Assembly (NCBI RefSeq): GCF_009914755.1
Contig: NC_060929.1
Strand: one strand, 5' to 3'
DNA length: 64,000 nt
Source: the human T2T-CHM13v2.0 reference genome, Homo sapiens
Shown here: in pieces, positions 40,893 through 53,700 of the stretch
How positions within the stretch are numbered: position 1 is the stretch's first letter
Layout of the letters: each line of letters opens with the position of its first letter
Made by a program: the position numbers and the translations under genes
Notes under the pieces: generated by a model
What the model saw: only the letters and a program-made list of their open reading frames with translations
What the model was told of the DNA's origin: nothing
The model's database searches: none

Positions 40893-43813
40893 TCTTATTC
40901 AAGTAGTAGATATAATAATGTCATAATGCCTTTTATATAAATACTTAGAAGTCCATTAAAACTTAAATTGTGTGACTTCTCTTTGTGAGAGAAATTGTTT
41001 TACTTGGCAGAGTTTCGGTTTTGGAATCTTCCTTGTAATAACATCTACCTAATGTGTAATGTGTATCTAATGTAAAATCCGTTTTTATATTTAACTAAGA
41101 GTCTTTTTTTATGTTGGATTTTTCCTCAGAAAATTATAAATTTGCATTAGCACATACTCATGAAGAGGTAAGACAGTGAATTATAAACAAAATATATTCT
41201 ATTGCATCTATTACAGAAGTTAAAATATCTAAAGAAAAAGAAAATGTATTTCCTCATTAATTACAAATGGTGACAAGGCTATAAAATAAAACAGCTTCAC
41301 TTTGCTTTCTGATTTGTTTATATTTACCACTGTTTATCACACTACCACAGTCCAGAAGTTAATTTCAGAAAACCACATGAGTTTGACAGCAAAAGCTCCA
41401 GTTTGCTACATGTGATTTTACAGATACTTGGGAGAAAGGAGAATCTGAAAAGAAACATGTGTCCTCTGTATTGGTACGCTGGTAGAGAAAAAGTGAGAAA
41501 AGGAAGGAGGAAAGATCACGTCATCTAAGAAGCAAGCCACAGGGAAAAACGTATTTTTAGAACAGTATTTGTTTTTTAATATTCAATTGTATTGTGAATC
41601 ATTTCATTCAGCCCATTCCAAATTGAAGTATAGTTTGCCTATTTCTCAGAATAATTAGAAAGCATTTTAAACTGTGAAGGGCATGGTCTTATATTCTTCC
41701 TTGGAAAATTTTATTTTAAAGTCTTAAAAATAGATTTTATTATAAGATTAGCCTTTTCAAATAGCAAAAAAAGTCTCTACAAACTGATTGATAGTGATGA
41801 AAGCAGTGCAAGAAGAAAATAGGAGTAGTAGAAACATGTTGGGTCACTGCACAACGGAGACTTTCCCATAATAAGACAGAGTAACAGTAGAAAGAGGTTT
41901 ATTTTAGTGGGAAAAAAACTAGAAAAGTGAAGCAAACTTGCAAACAACACACAAAAATGTGGAAAAAAAAATGACATGTCACATCGATTCAGGCTGGTTA
42001 CCTTTGCCTGTTAAGATCTATGGAAAATTAAAATAACAAGTAAAATTTGATTAGCAAGATGATATGATAATGCCATACTTTTAAGAATTTCATTATTCTT
42101 TAAGATACTCAATTTTGATTCACACATAAGAAAATGTCTTTAAGAGTGAGGGCATATCAAGGCTTTACACTGAAGGCATGGTTTAACCTAAGTTAAAATG
42201 CTTAGGGAGAATTGAAAACATGGAATTGTATGCATGGGTTGAGATCATTGTGTCAATCAAAACTGGGCAAACAATTATTTTTTAAAAATCAAATGATGAA
42301 GAAAATATAATTTAATTCTATTACATTGAGGTATAATCTAATTTCTTAAACTATTATAAAAAGTTAGGGGTACTTTTAAAGTTTCTTTTATAGGTGTTCT
42401 AAGTTTTATTTTAACATGTACAAATGCATGCAAACTATTTTCTTGTTTAGCAAATTTATACAAGCATAAAATTAAGCAATTTAAAAAACAATAGAATGAC
42501 ATATTTTAAGAACTTTTAAAATCATAGAGGTTCATGTTTAAAATAAGATTTCCAGAAACATAATTGTAATTTGCATTTATAATCCAAAGGTTTAATTTTG
42601 AAACTTCTTTCTCTTATTTTTTTTTAATCTTTGATCACCTTGCCTGCCTTAACTATTGCAACGTACAAAAGGCAAGAAATATTTGAACTGTATTATATGT
42701 TGCAGTGTTGGCTTTTGGAATGACCCTACAATGTCCTCTGCATTAAAAATATGTGGATATCAGCTCCATAGTACCTATACTCTCTTGACACTCCAAAAGC
42801 AATTTAATCTTAGTAAGCTTTAATAATATCACTGTGATTCCACAGTCCAAGTACTCCCATGGTCCTCTCATAAAGAACTTCTCATAACATTACTTATTTT
42901 TTATCATCCTTCAAAGAATTCAGAATACATGGTAAATTACAATAATGTATCTAAGTGAACAACATACAAACTAAGGTGAGTTATTACAACAGAGAAACCA
43001 AAATTTGTTGACCAATAACAACAATTTGTGTAAAGTATTTCTACACATTGTAATTTTGTTCATATGTCCTTTAAAAGCTGTGTACTAGCCTGCAGATTAC
43101 AAACTTGTTTAGGTAATTCTAATTATTTAAAAATATTATTAGTAAGTTATTTCACTTTGGGAAATAGGTATGTAAAAATCGAAATTTTACAAACTTATTT
43201 TGAATTCAGTATTGTGCATAGATGAATGATAAATTACTAGGTTTTATACAGGTCATTGAGATAAGCATACAAAAATGCTTTCATGTTGAGTTGTATTTAA
43301 ATTGTGCTTCTCCTCAAAAATCATCAAAAAACTTGGGCCAATGGTGATTGAGCAAAGCTGCTCTCACTTTCTCCAAGCTCTTGATTTATCAGATCAATCA
43401 GTTGTAAAAAGTGAAGACTCAACTTTCTTTTGATAGACAGAAGGAAAGTCTGGGTGGGCAGACACAAATAAACTGTGTATTCATTACCAATGGAGGTACT
43501 CTTGTCAATTCATCTACTCTTTTGAAATGGCACCTCAGAGCCATACCTCCAGTTATACCAGAAGAGATTCTTTAGAAAGGCTCACAGAAATGAGCCATGG
43601 TTCAAATGTAACAATGTTTTTGCATGTGACCAAAAGCGGTAGAATGATATTCATCACTCCTTTTGTTCATTAGCAGCAATAGCAAATGAATAGATCTTCC
43701 ATCTTTTCTATCTCAATGTTTTGACGACTGTAATATGTTTTTATTCTCCAAGGTAACTGAGCAATCATTTGAAATATGACTGACTTATTCTTTCAACAAA
43801 CATTTAGTTACTT

Positions 43814-44119
43814 TATTTATTTATTTATTTATTTATTTGAGATGGAGCGTCACTCTGTCACCTAGGCTAGAGTGCAGTGGCGCGATCTCAGCTCACTACA
43901 AACTCTGCCTCTTGGGTTCAAGTGAGTCTCCTGCCTCAGCCTCCCGAGAGCTGGGATTACAGGTGCTCGCCACCGTGCCTGGCTAATTTTTGTATTTTTA
44001 GTAGACACGGGATTTCACCATCTTGGCCAGGCTGGTCTCAAACTCCTGACCTCGTGATCCACCCGCCTCAGCCTCCCAAAGTGCTGGGAATTACAGGCAT
44101 GAGCCACCGCACCCTGGCC
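43814..44119 (-). mobile_element. AluS with (TTTA)n tail
   Basis: Full reverse Alu; TSD TAGTTACTT/TAGTGACTT. Confidence 0.96.
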
Positions 44120-44619
44120 TAGTGACTTCTTAGTTGGAATAATACTGAGCCAAAGTGTTTGAAGCATGTTTTCACATTTAATATGTGTTATATAATTAAA
44201 GTAGAAAAAGGCTTCTATAAAGAAGGATTGAAGACATTTCCTTTGTGAACAAAATTACCCCTACTATATGACTCAATCTGCGTGTCTTTTTCTGTTTGCC
44301 AATTACAGTTTGTTTTTGCACACCTTAGCTTAGCTTAGTTACTGAAAGACTCAATCTTCACCTAAAGAAATAGAAGTATTTTCCACATAATTGAGAACTT
44401 GTGCCTCTGGACATATATGGGACCTCAGGTCAATGATCATTAAGAGGATTTCTCCCCTAGTATATAAATAATTTTAGCTGAATTTTGTGTCTTGGGACTC
44501 AAATCAACAGATAAAATTTCATTTTCTGGATTAGCCATAGAACTACCTTTTTTTGTCAGTATCTTCCCCAAAAACCTCACTGGGAATTGTTACTATTATG
44601 TGGTTTAAAAGGAGAGAAA

Positions 44620-44934
<315 letters not shown>

Positions 44935-45775
44935 AAAAGGGTAGAATGTTGCTGTCATTTCTTGTCAGACATTTCTTGTCAGACAGTTTTTCCCTCTGGT
45001 CCCTATTTGACTGCCACTTTCTCTTATACATGATAATTTCCTTCTATTATCTTCTTGGTTCACTCACTATAACAAATGTTTTATGTTTTTGAATTGGGAG
45101 TTCCAGTTCTGAGATATTCTCTTATGACATGACATGTGGAATATTACAATGTAGTCAAAATTATCTTGGTCTTCTTGCTCATTATTAATAACTGAAATGA
45201 TGCAAAAAAAACTTCAGTGCACTGGGCACATTATATAACATGTATTAGTTAGTTCTTTTTTAAGTTTCTGAAATATGGCTGTTTTAATTACTTTTGTTTC
45301 GTTTGGGAAATTTATATTAAACATTGCAAATAAATAATCACCTTAAAGTCATTTAAATTGATTTTTAAAAAGAATATTCTCTATGCTGTGGAGTAATTAA
45401 TGCTAATGTAATACATTAATAATAATAATAATTAGTAAGCATTTACTGTGCCATGACTATATTAACTATTTCTCATCCACTAACATTTTGTAATTCTGTA
45501 AATACTAAGCTAAGTATTTCACATCCAGTAATATTTTGTAATTCTTAACACAGATATAGTTTGTGATAATTATTTTAATCTTCTTTTTATTTTATTTTAT
45601 TCTTGTGTTCTAGCTTGAGACTAGAGAAGGTAAGCAGGTGAAAGTTTATGCAGTGGTCTCTTTCTCTATAGATTAAAAATGCATTTTTTATGTTGATATA
45701 AGAAAATAATCTTATACTTATTAACTTCTGATTATAAAAATTACGGTGTGGTATTTTTACATCAATAATGAAAAT

Positions 45776-46025
45776 AATAATACCTAACATTTATGGAGTA
45801 ATTACTTGCTATGTGCCAAGTCCTGTGCTAACATTTTTAAAGCCTTAGCTCAATTTGTCATTAAAAATATAACAAAAGAAAATTTCAAATATTGATTCTT
45901 TGTCCATCTTCCTCTATAGATGATAAACTAAAGCATTGGAAAGTTAAGTGACTTTCCCTATATTTTGCAGTTTCTAAGTGGCACAATATAATTAGAAATT
46001 CTATTTGAATCTGGAGCCCAGAGTC
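45776..46025 (-). mobile_element. MIR relic
   Basis: CTAACATTTATGGAG...CTATGTGCCAAG...ATAGATGATAAACTAAAGCA...AAAGTTAAGTGACTT. Confidence 0.65.
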
Positions 46026-47279
46026 TTTAATAAGAAAAGAAAAACACTTTGGTTCAATGAGTTTTAAGCCTCCACTTTTAACGACGATCATTTTAGTAGT
46101 TAATGAATTAAAATTTTCAAAGCCTTCTTGCCTGCAGAGATAGCCAAGGGAAACATGGACCAATGAATTCAGTAGAAATCTCCCTTTGATCAGTGTCAGT
46201 GGCAGAGGACTGAGCACTGGTCTCTGCATTGGGCTGAATGGGCTGGTGGTTGGGTGATAGTGTGAAACCCAATTTAACTACTTAGCTTTTAAAAAATAAT
46301 TAATAGAAATAAGTAACCTCGAAGTGACCATAGTGCAGGCCAAACATTGAAGCTATCATCATACACATAATTCATAAAGGAAGATATTGAGTATGAGCAT
46401 ATCTTTAAAGACAAAATTTAGAGATACTAAAAATTCATAATTGTGGCTTTTATTCCTTGTCTACTGCCTCCTAATAAATAAGCCATTACTTTGGAAGGTT
46501 AGATTTCACAGATTTATTTGGTTAGCCTATGTAGTTAAATAGAGGTTGCTATGATAAGCTTTTTTGCAGTGCCCCACATCAGACTTTATATCTCTAACTG
46601 CCTTTCAGTTTATCTGGAACTGATGGCTATTAATATAATTATTTTATAAATGGATCAACAACTGTTTAACAATATTAAGTAGTTGCCCAATATCATACAG
46701 TTACCAAATCAATGAAGTTGAAACTCAACTTACGATTGTCGCAAAAATATCAATGTTTCCATTTAGTGAATGGGCCAGTAAATCAACCATCAGATTCTAC
46801 TTGAAAGCTACTACTGTAAGGCAGAAAGATGTGCGTGATAAATAAGATTCATGAGTCCTCTGCAAAGGATTCAAATGCATGAATATCTTGGAATTAGTCT
46901 GGTTTCATCACTGTGAATAAACCAGTTTACAAAACTTTTATACTTCATCTTAAAATGGCTTAAATCCTAAAGCGTAGAAGAGAGCTAGAACGTAACCCCC
47001 TTTCCCCGCCTTTTTAACTTTCTTTGTTTTATGATGAGAAATTTTCATTATCTCATAAAAGTTTCACAAAACTTGTTTTAAAGTTCCTATATTTTGAATT
47101 CCAAAAAAAGAGTTTTTAAATAATTATTGCAAAAAAAGTGCTTGGATTATATGATTCTATAAGAAGTCTGAGAGAAAGAATGTGTTGAGTCTTTGGAGAT
47201 TTTATGTTTTAATTATTATGTTAATTTGCTTTTAATTTACATGTTTCTATCTTTAAAAAAATTTGTTCTAAAGAGATTG

Positions 47280-47360
47280 TTTAATAATTTCATTTTTGAC
47301 TCATGTTTTCCTACAAATTTTAATAATTTCATTTTTGACTCAGGATTTCCTACAAATTTT
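47280..47360. repeat. 39-bp tandem duplication
   Basis: TTAATAATTTCATTTTTGACTCA(TGT/GGA)TTTCCTACAAATT twice, 2 mismatches. Confidence 0.92.
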
Positions 47361-49509
47361 AGATGCACGAAGGGAGAAAAAGAGACAAGGTGAGGAAACA
47401 ATCAACTAGCTTACACAGACAATAAAAAGTAGATAAAAGCAGATTATGAAAAATGGGATTTTATTGTGTAGAAAAAGAGTAATTTTCAGCCCAGTCACTG
47501 ATGAATTGATTCATTTGTTTTTACCTGATGGTATGAAATAGAGTTGTCATCAAATTTTACATATTATTTATATGCATTAAGCACTTTTGCAGATAGCATT
47601 ATCTTAATTCAAGTCTCACCCCAACACTGACTTATTTTCTAACTGTGGAAATTGACGTTCAAAATAAAAATTAGCAACTTAGCTCAAGAAGGATAGCTGG
47701 GAAATTGTAGAGCTTGGACAATCCTGGAGGCTATCGAACATATCATACTCTGTCTGTTCAACTGTTCATGTATGAAGTGTATCTGAATCAAAAAGCTGTT
47801 GTTTCAGAGAAGAATGCAAAGTGAGATGGATGAAGAAATATTGTAAGGAAGGGGTCCAAAGCTGTAATACAGTTTTATTTTATAAGTATCTGTGAAAAAT
47901 AGAGGAAAATGTGTATTATGAATGTTACTTTTCTAGAAAAAATGTACAGTACAAGCTTTCAAGTATAGGAACAAACACAAGAATAACCCTATTTCTAGAA
48001 GAATCTTACTTCATATCAAATGTGCTGTACATTTTATAAAAATGGTTTTTCATTCTTAATAAAAAATAATGTCGTAGTTCTAGTTTATATATAACATATT
48101 ACATAAGGCAGAATGTTGTGACTGATTCAGGCATCCTGATTCCTTTTCCCAACCACACAGATTCATACATTAGGCCATTTAATTTTTGCAAATCAAATGT
48201 CTCAAATTTCACAGTTCATTTTCAAGTTAAAAAGTTACTGATGTGTTTTCTATTTCCTCATGAATAGATTTGTGTTGTTACCTTTTTTGTGCAATAATGA
48301 ATTATTTTTTGACACATTCCAATGTTTTTTTCTCACATGCCTTTCCTCATTTCAGCTCTAAATAATGAAATCATCACTGACCCCACTGGCATTCATCTCC
48401 ACTCTGATTTGTGTGAAGACCTCTTAGATTGAAGTTTTACACTGTCAACAACTAGAGGGGCTTGCTGTGATCTTGTCATAGTCTATTTGTTTTATATTTT
48501 TTCTCTTTTCCCTTCACATATTCCTTTAATCTAATTTCATGTGAAAATATAGTTAGTTGGCTGCTTTTACTTATTTTTCTGGATCGTCAATAGAAATATT
48601 AACCCTGACAAAAATATAGTATAGGCCTCCACACCACCCTACTAGATACTTACCTTCATTAGTTTATTATAGATCATCACCCATTTTCAAAATCTGCCAG
48701 TTATTTTTATAATGTGTGTGCATGTTTTACTCTAAGATCCTCCTATTGATTTTGCTCTTAAGGTTTAAGCTCTTCTATAATTTGATGTAAATATAAGAAG
48801 GGGAAAAAGTAGTTGTTATTTTTTGTGATCAGACTTGACTTCTAGGACTGAGAAGCTGTTGTCCTTACTACATGAGATGGGTTTTTAGAAGAGTATAAAA
48901 TAGTTTAACTTTGTGTCAAATGTATTTATCATGTGCCTATTATCAGGATTCCATCTTCATGGGTATTCTTTACTTAAAACTCAAGTGCTTTTTAATATTT
49001 TAAATATATAAGATTGATATAAAATGTCAATAGATTCTTTTTTGCAAAAAGATCTTTAGAAGCCATTACTGGTAAATTGCCAAATTCTAATTGAATGAAA
49101 AATTTTTATGACAGTTTTATCATACAAATTATATATTTATTGTTCTTTTAGTGCACATTATCTGGTATATTACAGGTCTGTTGTCAATGTCTGTAGATGG
49201 TTTGAATTTTTTAAAAAAGTGGTAAATGCCAAGTTTTAATGTCGTTCCTCAAGTTGTAGAAAATGATCATTGAAAATTAATTTCTATTTAATAATTGAAC
49301 AATAATACAATTTTGGAGTTTGAAATAATCATTAAGATTTAACTGACACTAAAGTTTTTGCATATGCTTTGCAGAAGAGCAAAGTGATATACAACAGAAA
49401 AATGAGAAGATTAAAAGAGATTTAAGCTCCGTCTTAGACTATAACTCAGCCCTTCAGACATCCAGAACTCTGAAATGCCACACCCAAATTATGAAAGCAG
49501 AAATGGCTA

Positions 49510-50128
49510 TATATTATTTTTCTATTGCTGCATTACAGAAAACTACAAACTAGGAGGTTTAAAACAACCTGCATTTATTATATCTCACAATTCCTCTGGG
49601 TCAGGATTCTGGACATGACATAACTGCTCAGGGTCTCAGAAGGCTGCAGTGAGGCTGTAAGCAGACAACATTCCCATCCAGATGCTCAACTAGGGGAGAG
49701 ACTTCCAACATCATTCAGGTTGTTGGCAGGAGTCATTTCCTTGTGAATATTTTCCTGAGGGCTTTCTATTGGCACTCTGCTGGGGACCACCCTCAGGTTT
49801 TAAAAGGTGCTTAAATCTCCTGGAGGCCACCTGCAGTTCTTTAGCATATGGACCTCTTTGGTTAGACTGCTTACAATCAAGGCAAAAAGGTCAATATTTC
49901 ACCTCAGGGAGGCTCCTAGTCCCTCTTCTAAAAGCATTCTCCTGATTAAGTCAGTCTATCACAAAATAATCTACATTTAATTACATCTGCAAAACCTCAT
50001 CGCCTTTGTCATCTCCTGTTAGCTAGAAGCAAGTTACAGACCCATCTCCACTAAATGGAAGTGATTATAAAAGATGTGAGTGCCAGGGCATGGGGAGCTT
50101 GAGGAACCCTAAGATGTGTCTACTACAG
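49510..50128 (-). mobile_element. MLT1E-like MaLR solo LTR
   Basis: TTCTATTGCTGCATTACA...TTAAAACAAC...GCTCAGGGTCTCAGAAGGCTGCAG...ATTACATCTGCAAAA...TCTACTACA. Confidence 0.8.
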
Positions 50129-50402
50129 CTTGCTGCCATGATTCAAACTAGCAATTTATTGAAATTCTGCTATGTATATTAGATATAGAAAGCATAACTG
50201 AACTTTAAACTTTTCCTGAATAATTCAAGAATCCTGCCTGACTCTCCACATTCTGTACTTTTTCTCAAAGTTTAAACTAAATCAACTTTACTATCTCATC
50301 TCTTCTTTGTCTTCAGATTTTTAGAAAATCCATTACTCTTTTCCTTCTCTCTCTCTCTCTCTCTCTCATCACTCCCATCAGCACCCAAATATATTCTAGA
50401 TA

Positions 50403-50693
50403 AGCTCTGTTCAATACAAATATAATACAAGCTTCACAGGCAAGTCACATATGTAATCACATTAAAGGTAAAAAGGAACATGTGATATCAATTTGCAGAA
50501 TATATTTTAACTCAACATATAAAAATACAATCTTGACATCTACTATATATAAACACTTTTTAGTACACCATTTACTTTTTTTCTTCTTACTAGGTCTTCA
50601 AAATCTGGTGTGCATTTTACACTTACAGCACATCTCAATGTGTAGTGCTCAATAGGCGCATGTGAAACAGCGCCTACCTGATTGACAATGTAG
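50403..50693. mobile_element. MER33 hAT-Charlie relic
   Basis: CTGTTCAATACAAATATAAT...GTCTTCAAAATCTGGTGTGCATTTTACACTTACAGCACATCTCAAT. Confidence 0.85.
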
Positions 50694-50727
50694 CTCTCTC
50701 TTATTAAAAACATTAAATTATAATAGT

Positions 50728-53700
50728 TACATCAGGAAGATGGTGTAATAGATGGTGACCTGCTTATCACCCTCCACAACAACAAGAATTCCACAGTCAC
50801 TCACAGACAAAAGTCTCTCTTTGGGAGCCTTTGGATTCATGTAGGAGACTGTAAAACTCTGGTGGAGCCCAAGACCTTGGAAGGTTTTTTGAGAGTGTGC
50901 ACAGGGACCTGTGTTGCTGATCTGCTGAACCTGCTCCCAGATACAAGCCCAGAAACAACTTCATTCCCAAGGGCCTTATCTACAGCCCCACTTGGTCTGG
51001 AATTTGCAAACCTAACCATCTATCAGGGGTCCAGGAGGAATTGTACCCGCTAGTGCCTCAGTGAATAGGCTCATATGCCTGCTGATGTCAGTCTCAGCAG
51101 TAAACATGAATGTTACTATGTGGCTTGGCTCCAGTCTTCCTCAGCTGAAGTCTCAGCTCAGAACTGCTTACACAGGAACCCAGAGAAAGACACACTATAT
51201 CTCACAGTCTGGAAGTCTTAGCCTCTGTGTCATGCTCACCAACCTTCAGCCCACAGCTGATCCTGAGGGGACCCAGTCTCGGTTCCAGCCCACGTCGTTG
51301 CAGTTGAGGACTTATTCAGCCTTTGTGGGAATCTGTTGAGAGATGTGCTTATCTGGTACACCAAGAGAAGCTTTCAGACTTGAATCCCTGGCCAGTTTTC
51401 CCATGTAGCCTAGGTAAACTTCTTGAATCTCCTCCAGGTCTGTACAGGCCAGAAGGCTGCACCAACCTCAGAGCCCTTGAGAGACTTTCAGAAAACCTGG
51501 GTGTATGTTTAGTCTAGTGCTGCGATGGTTGCAGGCTCAGGAAACACAATAGAATCTCTTAGAATCTCTGGAAGGCCTTGGAAAAAAGATGAACACAAAC
51601 AAAGCCAGACCACAAAGCCAGGATTCCTCAATGCACAATGCACAGACATTGTTGCATTGTTGCACACCCACAAGCATCAAGAATATTCAGGGAAATATGA
51701 CCTCATCAAATGAACAAAATAATGCATTAGATACCCACTTTAAAGTGACGAAGATGTGTGATCTTTCAGATAAAGAATTCAAAATAGTTATTTTGAGGAA
51801 GCTCAACAAACTTCAAGAAAACACAAGAAAACTATAGAGGAATTTATCAGAAAATTTTGACAGAGATTGAAATATTACAAATCAGAAATCCTAGATGCAA
51901 AAAATACAATAAAAAATTAAAAGTTCAGTAGAGAGCATCAACAACAGAATTGATCAAACAGGATAAGGAATTAATAAGCCTGAAGAAAGGCTATTTTAAA
52001 ATACACAGTTGGGATAAAAAAATAATAAAAAAATGAAGAAAGAATATAAGATCTATGAGACAACGTCATAAGGGCAAGATTTTGGTTATTGGGCTTCAAG
52101 AGGGAATCAAGAAAGACAAAGAAGTATAAACCTTCTTCAAAGACATAATAAGAGAAAGTTCCAAACCTAGAGAAAAATATAAACAGCCAGATACAGAAAG
52201 GTCAACTCCTACTAATCAGATTCAACCTAAATATTAATACCCTGAGACCCTAATAATCAAATTGTAAAAGTCAAAGACAAAGAGAATTTTAAAGCAGAAA
52301 GAGAAAAGAAGGAGATACCATCTAAGGAAGATCCAATATACCTGGCAGCCGACTTCTCAGCAGAAATCTTGCAGGCCAGGAGGAAGCGAAAAAATATATT
52401 GAGTGTTAACATTGCTTAGCAAGAATGATCTACCTAGTAAAGCTATCCTTTAGAAATGAAAGAAATAACAACTTTCCTAGACAAATAAAAGCTGAGGAAA
52501 TTAATCAGTATGAAATTTGCGCAAATAAAAATGCCAAAGAGAGCTTTAAAACCAAAACAAAAGATTGTTAATATAATTTCATTTCCAATATTATACTTCT
52601 GATGTGTAAAGAAATATATCTTAGATATGAAGACTAGAAGATGAAACTCTTTAAAACAGTAACTACAATAACTTGTTAAAAGACAGGCACTGTAAAAAAA
52701 TCTGTGACCAAAAATTCAAAATGTGGAGGGGAAATAAAGTTAATATATACAGCTTCATTTATTTTTAATTTTTTGGCAACCAAGGTTAATTTATCAGCTT
52801 AAAATAAATTGTTATAACTACAAAATGTTTTTGTAAGCTTCATGGCAACTGCAAAGCAGGAACCTGTAATAGATACACTAAAAATAAAAAGCAAGGAATC
52901 CAAATACACTACTAACCATAAATAAAGCATAAAAAAAGAAGAAAGGACCGCAAAACAATTAGAAAACCAGTAACAAAATGACAGTAGTTAGCCCTTATCT
53001 ATTAATACGTACTTTGAATGTCAATGATTAAATTCTCCAATTAAAAGACATAGAGTAGTTGAATAGATTAAAAAACAAACAAATAAAGAGACCTAACTGT
53101 ACAGTGTCTATGAGAAACTCACTTTACCTGTAAAGACACACATAGACTAAGAGTGAAGGGATAGAAAAAAAAATATTCCAGGCAAATGGAAACCAAAAAA
53201 CAGTAGGAAGAGCTACACTTATATCAAATAAAATAGACTTCAAGCTAACAACAACAAAAAGAGAAAAAGAAGGCCAATATATAATAATAAAGTAGTTAAT
53301 AGATCAAGAGGTTATAACAATTATATGAGGTTATAACTGTATATATATACACACACACATATATATACATATATATGTATGTATATAATTATATGCATCC
53401 AACTTTAGGACACCTAAATATATAAAGCAAATTTTAATATTCCCAAAGGGAGAGATAGGACTTTAATATCCCACTTTCAGCAATAGATAGATCATCCACA
53501 CAGAAAATCAACAAAGAAACATTAGAGCTATACCACATTGTAGACTAAATGGACCTAAAAAACATTTACAGAACATTCCATCCAACAGTTGCAGAATACA
53601 CATTCTTCTCAACATCACATGGGCATTTTCTAGGATAGATCATTTGTTAGGCCACAAGACTAATCTTAAAATATTTTTAAATAAAAATTATATCAAATAT

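Noticed and set aside
45590-45635. Possible 16-nt micro-exon (TTCTAG...AAG|GTAAGC)
   Set aside because: Very short, frame-shifting and expected by chance; no other support
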